Assembly (NCBI RefSeq): GCF_963921235.1
Contig: NC_086098.1
Location: 6,510,001-6,574,000, forward strand
Reading direction: 5' to 3'
DNA length: 64,000 nucleotides
DNA from: Mobula hypostoma
Taxonomy: Eukaryota
Below, one piece after another: positions 53,757 to 64,000 of the stretch; within the stretch, counting starts at the first letter, position 1, and each line of letters starts with the position of its first letter. The translations under genes and the position numbers were made by a program. The notes beneath the pieces are model-generated. The model had not been told where the DNA came from. It searched no databases and saw only the letters and a list, made by a program, of their open reading frames with translations.

Positions 53757-54105
53757 ATGTGTCTCGTGTGTGTGTGTGTCTGTCTCATGTGTGAGTGTGT
53801 TTGTGTTGTGTGTCTCGTGTGTGTGTGTTTATGTGTGTGTGCTTATGTGAGAGTGTGTGCGTGTGTCGTGCGTGTGCGTGTGCGTTTGTGTGTGCGCGCG
53901 CGTTTATGTGAGAGTGTGTGTGTGTCTCCTGTGTGAGTGTGTGTGTGTCTCGTGTGTGTGTGTGTGTCTCATGTGTGTGTGTCTCATGTGTGTGTGTGTG
54001 TGTGTGCGCGCGCGCGTTTATGTGAGAGTGTGTGTGTGTCTCCTGTGTGAGTGTGTGTGTGTCTCGTGTGTGTGTGTGTGTGTGTCTCCTGTGTGAGTGT
54101 GTGTG

Positions 54106-54142
<37 letters not shown>

Positions 54143-54282
54143 TCATGTGTGAGTGTGTGTGTCTCCCCTGTGTAAGTGTGTGTGTGTTGTGTGTCTCGTG
54201 TGTGTGTGTTTATGTGTGTGTGCTTATGTGAGAGTGTGTGCGTGTCTCGTGTGTGTGTGTGTGTGCATGTATGTGTTTATGC

Positions 54283-54320
<38 letters not shown>

Positions 54321-54332
54321 ACGTGCGTGTGT
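53757..54332. repeat. Compound (TG)n microsatellite with higher-order duplications
   Basis: TG runs interrupted by TCTC, TTTA and CGCG. Blocks ~53800-53865 / 54180-54245 and ~53890-53955 / 54002-54070 are duplicated. Confidence 0.97.
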
Positions 54333-56144
54333 TAATTTGCCTTGTGAGCACAGCTTCTTTTCACTTTCTCTTTTCTTTCCAGTCACCTTCTCAGTCGTCT
54401 CTCTGTTGCCCCAGAGAGTGCACCTTAATGGGGCTTACCAGTGTGTACATCACAATGAGCTCAATAGCCAGCTGTGAACTGTAAGTACACAGGACATCAT
54501 CAACCAGTTCTGAGCAGCAAGGAACACCAACAACGATGATGGAAGCTCCAATTCACAGGGCCACAAGAGGCTGCAAAGTCTCACAATGAGCACTGGCAAT
54601 GTTGGAACCAAAGTGCAGAGGAAAGACAGGCTCCAATGTAAAGACAGCAACCAGAGTTTACTTCCTGGGATTTTCACACACAAGTCTCTGGAGTTTCCAG
54701 AGAATGGTGTGAAAAATTTAAAAAAAAGAAAACATCTAGTGAGTGGTAGTTCTGCTGGCCAAAATGTCTTGAGAGGTCAGGGGAGAATGGCCGGACTGGT
54801 TCAAACTGACAGGAAGGTGACAGTAACTCAAATAACCACATGTAATGACAGTGGTGTGCAGAAGAGCATCTCTGAACACACAGCACATTGAACCTTGAAG
54901 GGGGATGGGAACGGCAGCAGAATTTCTCATCGGGTTCCACTGGGCTCCACTCTCCTGTATTCTTCCAGTGATAAAACGTGCAAATATTTTCTTAACAGTG
55001 TCATGGTGAGCTGCTGTTTAGAGTGACTATTACAAACATAAATGGAAAATGTAACAGGTTATGCTGTGACCATTCTGTTTCAGAATAGTGATTGTGTAAA
55101 AGGAAGGTTACGATTGCTATGGAACTCAACTCTCAATAGGGAAATTCAAGCCAAATGATTTAAGTGGCTCTTTCCCATCTCCATCTACTTATGTTTCATC
55201 CGTAACAATGAGCGTAGAATCAAACTTCTCTCTATTATTGTCATATTAAAACCTGCTTGTCGGCATATTCCATTTCTTATTCATTGTGTTATAACTTTTG
55301 CTTCATCAATAAGGCTTTGTGAGCGTGAATCTCAGTTATTTCCAGGCTTTCTCCTTACTATACCACATGTTGCCAGCTTTTCACTGGGTTTCATTCCCTC
55401 ACCCAGTGGCAAATCATTAGTCTTTTACTCAAATCAAAATTATACTCATTTTCATTTATCTTCATTCTAAACAGCTACTTGACATTTAGTTGAAAGCAGC
55501 TGTAAAAACAAATTCCACACTCAATATTTTCCATTGAGTGTCATTCTTCAATGATTGCAGGAATGAAAGGGTTAACGCATCAGGAGCGTTTGCTGCTGCT
55601 GGGCCTGTACTGAATGGAGTTTAGAAGGATGAAAGGGGAACTTCACTGAAGCCAATCAAATATTGAAACACCTCAGTCGATGTGGAGAAGATGTTTCCTG
55701 TATTGAGGAAGTCTATTACCAGAGGGCAAAGCCCCAATATAGAAGGACATCCATTTAGAACAGAGATGAGGAGGTTTTCTTTAGCTAAAGAGTGGTGAAT
55801 TGATGGAAATTGCAGATGGCTGTGGAGGCCAAGTCATTGGGTGTATTTAAAGTGGAGGTTCATAGTTTCTTGATGAGCGAGCATGCCCGTAAGTCCACAA
55901 GACCATAAGACTAGGAGCAGAACTAGGCCAAACAGCCCATCGAATCTGCTCTGCCATTCCATCATGGCTGATCCCAGATGCCACTCAACCCCATACACCT
56001 GCTTTCTCGCCATATCCTTTGATACCCTGACCGATTAGAAAGCGATCAAGTTCCGCCTTAAGTGGGCCACATGAAGTGGGCCTCCACCGCAGTCTGTGGC
56101 AGAGCATTCCACAGATTCACTAACCTCTAGCTAAAAAGACATTC

Positions 56145-58575
56145 CATAAGACAATAAGACCATAAGACATAGGAGCAGAATTAGGCCATCTAGCCCATTG
56201 AGTCTGCTCTGCCATTCAATCATGGCTGATCCTTTTCTCTATCCCCTCCTCGACCCCAGTTCCCGGCCTTCTCCCCGTAACCTTTGATACCATGTCCAGT
56301 CAAGAACCTATCAATTTCTGCTTTAAATACACCCAATGACCTGGCCTCCACAGCTGCATGTAATAAAAGATTCCACAAATTCACTACCCTTTGGCTAAAG
56401 AAATTTCTCTGTATCTCTGTTTTGAAAGGGCACCCCTCTATCCTGAGGCTGTGCCCTCTTCTCTTAGACTCTCCCACCATGGGAAACATCCTTTCCACAT
56501 CTACTCTATCTAGGCCTTTCAACATTCGAAAGGTTTCAATGAGATCCCCTCTCATCCTTCTGATTTCCAGCAAGTGCGGGCCCAGAGCCATCAAATGTTC
56601 CTTATACGATAACACTTTCATTCCTGGAATCATCGTTGCGAACTTCCTCTGAACCCTCTCCAATGCCAACACATCTTTTCTAAGGTGAGGGGCCCAAAAC
56701 TGCTCACAATACTCAAGGTGAGGCCTCACCAGTGCCTTATAAAGCCTCAGCATCACATCCTTGCTCTTGTATTCTAGACCTCTTGAAATGAATGCTAACA
56801 TGGCATTTGCCTTCCTCACCACCTACTCAACCTTCAAGTTAACCTTCAGGAGATTCTTCACAAGGACTCCGAAGTTCCTCTGCAACTCAGATTCCTGGAT
56901 TTTATCCCCGTTTAGAAAATGGTCTGTATGTTTATTTCTACTGCCAAAGTGCATGACCATGCATTTTCCAACATTGTATTTCATTTGCCACTTTCTTGCC
57001 CATTCTTCTCATCTGTCTAAGCCCTTCTGCATCCTACCTGTTTCCTCAACACTACCTGCCCCTCCACCAATCTTTGTATCGATCTGCAAACTTGGCAACA
57101 AAGCCATCTATTCCATCACCTAATTCATTTATATACAGCATAAAAAGAAGTGGTCCCAACACCGACACCTGCGGAACACCACTAGTCACTGGCAGCCAAC
57201 CAGACAAGGATCCTTTTATTCCCACTCACTGCTTCCTACTGATCAGCCAATGCTCTAACCATGCTAGTAACTTTCCTGTAATACCATCGGCTCTTAACTT
57301 AGTAAGCAGCCTCATGTGTTGCACCTTGTCAAAGGCCATCTGAAAGTCCAATATACATCTACTGCATTCCCTTTATCTATCCTACTTGTAATCTCCTCAA
57401 GGCAGGATTTTCCTTGAAGTAAACCATGCTGACTTTGTACTCTCTTGTCCTGTATCACCACGTACTGCATCACCTTATCTTTAACAATTGATTCTAACAT
57501 CTTCCCAACCACTGAGGTCAGACTACTACTACTACAAGGTACTACGTCAACTCAGGCCCAGGGGGCCAGTGTCAGGCACAATGATGGACTCTCCACTTCT
57601 CACTCTCCCTCATCAGTGTGTTCAGTTCATCTACATTAGCCACACTGTTGTCTTCTAGGAGCGTGTTGACCATATTCTTGGGAGGGCGCCCAAGGTTCAT
57701 CCTCCCATGTTTGGGCTCCCATATGATGACTAGGCTGGCAGGTAGCTCGGGGTGGCGTAGACAGTGCCCCGCTAGTTGCAGTCTTCTCCCCTCGATTTTA
57801 GTGGTGAGCATTGGTAGGTCATAATAGAGCTCGACATTCGTCATGTGCTGATGCCAACTCACGTCGAGAGCCATCCAGAGCATTCATATATAGTAACTAT
57901 CAGGAGGTCAAGCTAACTGGTCTATAATGTTCTTTCTTAAAGAGTGGAGTAACATCTTCCTCCCTTCTGAAATAGTGGAGTAACATTTGTAATTTTCCAG
58001 TCCTCTGGCACCATGCTAGAGTCAAATGATTTTTGAAAGGTCTTTTTTAATGCCACCACAATCTCTAACACTACCTCTTTCAGAACCCTAGGGTGCAGTT
58101 CCTCTGGTCCGTGTGACTTATGTACCTTTAGGTCTTTCAGCTTTTTGAGCACCTTCTCTCTTGCAACAATAAATGCACCCCACTTTTCTTTGTTCACACA
58201 CTACAACATCAGGCACACTGCTAGTGCCTTCCACAGTAAAGACTGATGCAAAATACTCATTTAGTTCATTAGCCATCTCCTTGACCCCCGTTACTATTTC
58301 TCCTGCCTCATTTTCTAGTGCTCCTATATCCACTCTCATCTCTCTTTTATTTTTAACATACTTGAAAAAACTTTTACTATCCACTTTGATATTATTTGCT
58401 AGCTTGCTTTCATATTTCATCTTTTCCCTTCTAATGAATTTTTAGTTGCTCTCTGCAGGTTTATAAAAACTTCCCCATCTTCCATCTTCCCACTAATATT
58501 TGCTTTGCTGTGCTTTCCTGTGCTTTCACTATAGCTTTGATTTCCCTTGTCAGCCACGGTTGTACAATTTTGCGA
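56145..58575 (-). mobile_element. CR1 LINE ORF2, decayed, with RTE-X insertion
   Basis: ORFs 56220, 57312, 57937 and 58118. (TCTTATGG)n tail at 56145-56170. Confidence 0.93.
57521..57903 (-). mobile_element. RTE-X-like LINE 3' fragment
   Basis: ORF 57572 RRLQLAGHCLRHPELPAS.VIIWEP.HG...GRP. (TAG)n tail. 7-bp TSD GAGGTCA at 57514-57520 and 57904-57910. Confidence 0.8.
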
Positions 58576-58959
58576 TTTGTTTATGTCTCCCCTCTCGCTG
58601 TGAAACAGGGACACTACTTTTTTCCATGTTAGGGAGAGAGGGAGCTTGTTCTATGTTGAATTACCAGGTGAATGAGTACTCTTTGGGGAACTGCAAGTAT
58701 GTGTCTTTATTGATGCTTTGCTGCACGCTTGAATGCTCGGTGGGGGGCATCGATGCTTTTTTGCCGGTCGGTGAGGGGGGATCATTGCTTTGCTGCTGCT
58801 TATGTGTGGGAAAGGGAGCTGGGGGGGCTTTGGGGTTCTCACATTAAACTGTCATTCATTCTTTGGGGCGCTCTTCTGTTTTCACGGATGGTTGCGAAGA
58901 AAAAGGATTTCAGGATATATTGTATACATTTCTCTGGTATTAAATGTTCCTTTGAAAGC

Positions 58960-61226
58960 TTTGAAATTTATTGTTTTTAAGTCATTCCTGTGTAGTTTTG
59001 GCTTTATGCTTGGGGTTATTGGCTTGCTGGAACACAAATCTTCTCTCAAGTCCAGGATTTCCCTATATTGTGCAGGATTCATTTTACCCTCTACCTCCAC
59101 AAGCCTTCCAGAACCTGCTACGGTGAAGCATCCCCACAGCATGATGCAGCCACCACTGTGCTTCATGGTAGGGATAGTGTGTTTTTGATGATGTGTGGTG
59201 TTTGGCTTACGCCAAACATAGCATTTAGTTCGATGGCCAAAAATCTCAATTTTGGTTTCATCAGTCCAGAAAACCTTCTTCCAGTTGTCTTCAGAGTCTC
59301 CCACATGCCTTCTGGCAAATTCAAACTGAGATTTCATGTGAGTTTTTTTTCCAACAGTGGCTTTCTCTTTGCCACTTTCCCATAAAGCTGTGACTGGTGA
59401 AGCACCCAGGCAACAGTTGTTGTGTGTGCAGTCTCTCCCATCTCAGCCACTGAAGCTCGTAACTCCTCCAGAGTTGTAATGGATCTCTTGGTGGCCTCCT
59501 CACACAACCCCTCTTGCACAGTCACTCAGTTTTTGAGGACAGCCTGCTCTAGGCAGATTTACAGCTGTGTCATATTCTTTCCATTTCTTGATGATTGACT
59601 TAACTATACTCCAAGGGATATTCAGTGACTTGGAAATTTTCTTGTATCTATTTCCTGACTTGTGCCTTTCAATAAGCTTTTTCATGGAGTTGCCTGCACT
59701 GTTATTTTGTCTTCGCAGTGTAGTTTTTGACATGATACTGACTCAGCATGCAGTAGGACCTTCCAGGTACAAGCAAATTTTTACTACAATCAATTGAAAC
59801 ACCTTGACTGTACACAGATCTCCATTTAACTAATTATGGACTTCTAAAACCAACTGGCTGCACCAGTGATAATTTGTTGTGTCATATTAAAGGTGTGTGA
59901 ATACCTATGCAATCAATGAGTTTGTGTTTTATATTTGTGATAAATTTAGATCACTTTCACTTTGACACAAAAGAGTCTCTTTCTTCTGATCAGTGTTAAA
60001 AAAAAGAGCTAAGTTAAATCTACTTAGGTCCCACACAGGAGATTAGTGTGCAAACTTAAAGCACACGGTATTGGGGGTAAGGTATTGATGTGGATTGAGA
60101 ATTGGTTAGCAGACAGGAAGCAAACAGTGGGAATAAACGGGACCTTTTCAGAATGGCAGGCAGTGACTAGTGGGGTACCGCAAGGCTCAGTGCTGGGACC
60201 CCAGTTGTTTACAATATATATTAATGACTTGGATGAGGGAATTAAATGCAGCATCGACACGAAGCTGGGCGGCAGTGTTAGCAGTGAGGAGGATGCTAAG
60301 AGGATGCAGGGTGACTTGGATAGGTTGGGTGAGTGGGCAAACTCATGGCAGATGCAATTTAATGTGGGTAAATGTGAAGTTATCCACTTTGGTGGCAAAA
60401 ATAGGAAAACAGATTATTATCTGAATGGTGGCCGATTAGGAAAAGGGGAGGTGCAACGAGACCTGGGTGTCATTATACACCAGTCATTGAAGGTGGGCAT
60501 GCAGGTACAGCAGGCGGTGAAAAAGGTGAATGGTATGCTGGCATTTATAGCAAGAGGATTCGAGTACAGGAGCAGGGAGGTACTACTGCAGTTGTACAAG
60601 GCCTTGGTGAGACCACACCTGGAGTATTGTGTGCAGTTTTGGTCCCCTAATCTGAGGAAAGAAAGTTCACCAGATTGATTCCTGGGATGGTAGGACTTTC
60701 ATATGATGAAAGACAGGATGAACTAGGCTTATATTCGTTGGAATTTAGAAGATTGAGGGGGGATCTGATTGAAACGTATAAAATCCTAAAGGGATTGGAC
60801 AGGCTAGATGCAGGAAGATTGTTCCCGATGTTGTTGGGGAAGTCCAGAACGAGGGGTCACAGTTTGAGGATAAAGGGGAAGCCTTTTAGGACTGAGATTA
60901 GGAAAGACTTCTTCACACAGAGAGTGGTGAATCTGTGGAATTCTCTGCCACAGGAAATAGTTGAGGCCATTTCATTGGCTATATTTAAGAGGGAGTTAGA
61001 TATGGCCCTTGTGGCTAAAGGGATCAGGGGGTATGGAGGGAAGGCTGGTACAGGGTTCTAAGTTGGATGATCAGCCATGATCACACTGAATGGCGGTGCA
61101 GGCTCGAAGGGCCGAATGGCCTACTCCTGCACCTATTTTCTATGTTTCTATGTTACTGTGATTCAATGTTGTAAATCAATAAAATGTTAGAAATTCCAAG
61201 GGGGTGAATACTTTTTATAGGCACTG
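58960..61226 (-). mobile_element. Tc1 transposon with decayed transposase, interrupted by CR1
   Basis: HKSGNRYKKISKSLNIPWSIVKSIIKKWK (HTH), WKKVFWTDETKIE, PTMKHSGGCIMLWGCF. Terminus ...ggcactg followed by TA at 61227-28. Confidence 0.9.
60025..61153 (+). mobile_element. CR1 3' part inserted into the Tc1 inverted repeat
   Basis: ORFs 60046 and 60675. TACT duplication at 60021-24 and 61154-57. Same subfamily as 36709-38794. Confidence 0.93.
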
Positions 61227-61229
61227 TAT

Positions 61230-63185
61230 GTAGTTTTATGTTGCATTAATCTAAAGGGAGAGGAAGTTTAATGTATGGATCTATTTCTTTTAGAGCAATG
61301 ACAACACCCTCTGAGCTCAATGTATTGGTCTGTTGTCTGCGCATGTGCTGTTATCTACACCTGTGCATTATTCTCTCTCTCTCTCTCTCTCGTTTCAACG
61401 TGAATACCCATGTAAAGCCATCTCTCCCATGTGTGCTTTTATTTAATTGGTTTGTAGTTGTGCACAGACACAACAATATGTGTATGGTCCAGACTCCTCT
61501 GTCCATTTTAAACCTTCAGTATCCACAACTGCTCTGTGCGGCCCCAGGTGGAGTGGAATGGCTCAGACGGCTCTTCGCCGGCGGCTGAAAAGGAAGCGGC
61601 CTGCAGCTTGAGGCCCCAGTCCACTGAGTGCCGCTAAAACGTCTGCAGTCGGCCACAACAGAGCTTGTCTTCTGCCAAGCAAAATTCTGGGAGGGCAGCT
61701 CTGACGCCCGTCTGGGCCACGTGCTGTATCTCCTGGGAAATCACTATGCTTGTTTTATTTTTTAAAGAACTCCATGCAGCAAATGCCTGAGCACGTTCGC
61801 ACAGCCCTTGCCAATGAACCCATGAAGGTCTATAGGAAGCTTGCTGAAATGGCCGATAGTCTATACTCAGCTAAGCTGCCGTACATAACTCTCCCTCCTT
61901 TCTCTCCCTCAATAAGCCTGGTCAGTAAGGCTCCCAACATAACGACACCCATGGCTGTGCAATAGACCATGTCAGGCCTGTATTTTTACCACACCTGCTT
62001 TGGTACGAACGCTAGGAAGTGCTGAGCCCAATGCAGCTTTGACAGTGCCAGTGGGTCGGGACATCAGAGGTCAGTGAAAACTGTGGATTCCAGCTGCCAG
62101 GGTCATCTACCGTTCATTACAGACACCCTTTCTGGGCAACCTTTCTTGTGTGACACGGGTACTCAAGTGAGTGGGCTGCTGATGAAAAGCAAAGAGCAAT
62201 GAAACCTCACTAGAAACGGCAGCAACTGCAAGATCCAGACTTACGGGACATAGAACATAGAATACTACAGCACAGTACAGGCCCTTCGGCCCACAATGTT
62301 GTGCAGACCCTCAAACCCTGCATCCCATATAACCCCCCACCTTAAATTCCTCCATATACCTGTCTAGTAGTCTCTTAAACTTCACTAGTGTATCTGCCTC
62401 CACCACTGACTCAGGCAGTGCATTCCACACACCAACCACTCTCTGAGTAAAAAACCTTCCTTTAATATCCCCCTTGAACTTCCCACCCCTTACCTTAAAG
62501 CCATGTCCTCTTGTATTGAGCAGTGGTGCCCTGGGGAAGAGGCGCTGGCTATCCACTCTATCTATTCCTCTTATTATCTTGTATACCTCTATCATGTCTC
62601 CTCTCATCCTCCTTCTCTCCAAAGAGTAAAGCCCTAGCTCCCTAGCTCCCTAGCCCTAGACATGATGGGTGACACTCTGCTTCAGTGGGTGACGTTACAC
62701 ATGGGTCTTCGTCCTGGATCAAGTGGTTAGACCTCTGCTCGATGCAGATTTCTTGTGTGGCCAAGGTCGATTTTAAAAACTGCCGGCTTGTGGAAGTCAA
62801 TGACTTTGGGTTGTTACCCTGCTCCCCCAGTAAGTTCCCCAGAACAATCCTGTCAAACGCATGCACCACTACATGTGAGTTTACTCAATTGCTGGGTGAA
62901 TTCCTAAAACTCACCAAGCCCACACTTTTAACTACAGTCACAAAACATGGGATGGAGCACCACATTCCCAGAACTGGCCTGGCAGTCCATGCCCCTGCGC
63001 GAAGACTGGACCCAGAAAAGCTGGCCACTGCAAAGATTGAATTTACCAATATGGAAAGATTCGGCATTGTATGCCAGTCAGATAACCCCTGGGTTTCACC
63101 CCTCCATATAGTCCCTCAGTCCAATGGTGATTACTAACGTCTTAACAAGGCCACCACCCATGATCATTACCCAGTCACATCGACA
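61230..63185 (+). mobile_element. Gypsy LTR retrotransposon remnant (LTR-like, gag, protease, RT start)
   Basis: QQMPEHVRTALA...LAEMADSL. FLCDTG near 62140-62160. HGMEHHI..TG..VHAPARRLDPEKL...SDNPWVSPLHIVP (ORF 62685). Confidence 0.8.
62252..62658 (-). mobile_element. CR1 3' fragment inserted in Gypsy
   Basis: ORF 62311 RMRGDMIEVYK...FFTQRVVGVWN. GACAT duplication at 62247-51 and 62659-63. Confidence 0.9.
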
Positions 63186-63189
63186 GATT

Positions 63190-63971
63190 TCAAAGGTTCA
63201 AAGGTCCAAATTAATGTCAGAGAAATTATACAATATACATCCTGAAATGCACTTTCTTCGCAACCATCTATGGAAACAGAGAAGTGCCCCAAAGAATGAA
63301 CGACAGTTAAATGTAAGAACCCCAAAGTGCCCCCCCCCAGCTCCCCTCCCTCCTGGGCGTGAGCGGCAGTGAGCAACAATCCCCCCACCCCCACCAGCAA
63401 AAAAAAAGCATTGGCATCTGTCACCGAGCACTCAAGCGTGAGCAAAGCAACAGCAAAGACACAGACTCACAGTTACCCCAAAGACTTTGCGTTTGACGCG
63501 GTATTTGACATCCCGCAGGTTCTCTCTCTCCCTAATAAGGGAGAAGGTGATGTCTCCGCTTTCCCAGCGAGCGGGGAAACATAAACAACTCGCTGGTTTA
63601 TGATGTTAAAAGTCCTTTACGTTGCTTTTTCTGAGCTCTGCTCCCAAAGACCGCAAAGATCCCGGGTCTTTGGGCCCACAGCAGCAGATTTTCCGACTCC
63701 CCCAATGACACACGGGTCTCCTGCCATGACACTGACCCTCAATCCGCCTGTCTCCAGAGCCCCGAGATCTTAGGCTTCCAAATACGAGCCGGACTCGAAC
63801 CCAGTCCTGAAACCCCAAGAACAGGCCCCATTCCCGCAAAGAACTGAAGTCAGCATGTAACTCCAGGTCAGGGTCTTCAAAAGAACCCCGAAAGAGAAAA
63901 ATAAAGATATTAAAGATGGAAATAGAGCTGATTCCGAAGATGCAAGGAAAGGAGTCGCCGTTTAGCGCCAT
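63190..63971 (-). mobile_element. Non-autonomous retroelement, apparently complete
   Basis: Minus-strand start GATGGCGCTAAACGGCGACTCC and end ...ttctctgacattaatttggacctttgaacctttgaa. Its 3' half matches 58580-58965. Confidence 0.65.
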
Positions 63972-64000
63972 CACATTTATCCGGAAGGTTGATTTTTTCC

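Noticed and set aside
54383..54480. In-frame TGA in ...HHNELNSQL* as selenocysteine, or an Ig-like YQC motif
   Set aside because: No known selenoprotein motif context and no SECIS recognised. The Ig resemblance is too short to support.
53691..54484. Cys/Val-rich ORFs resembling metallothionein or keratin-associated proteins
   Set aside because: They are translations of the (TG)n microsatellite.
1..64000. Prokaryotic RT systems (retron, DGR, CRISPR-RT) or a CRISPR array
   Set aside because: All RT motifs belong to eukaryotic LINE, Penelope or Gypsy families. There are no operons and no regularly spaced repeat-spacer array.

Overview
This is eukaryotic, non-bacterial DNA. The repeat repertoire suggests a cartilaginous fish, probably a ray or skate, but that is inference. 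The window is a dense mosaic of decayed and nested transposable elements: many CR1 LINEs (two with SGNH-esterase ORF1), RTE and RTE-X fragments, Rex1/Babar-type LINE ends, Penelope-like elements (RT plus GIY-YIG), Gypsy LTR remnants, Tc1, Tigger and hAT DNA transposons, tRNA-derived SINEs and a ~575 bp (TG)n tract. No intact host gene, RNA gene, CRISPR array or intact autonomous element is supported, and nearly all ORFs in the track are TE fragments or chance ORFs. The most notable signals are: (1) decayed minimal hammerhead-ribozyme motifs in Penelope terminal repeats, including one palindromic dimer; (2) a ~215 bp near-perfect hairpin inside a Tigger derivative; (3) a diverse family of head-less non-autonomous retroelements sharing 5' motifs and Rex/Babar-type 3' tails; (4) a few unconfirmed exon-like segments, one directly downstream of the TG tract. 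I found no convincing wholly new biological system. Boundaries are approximate unless a TSD or TIR is cited.
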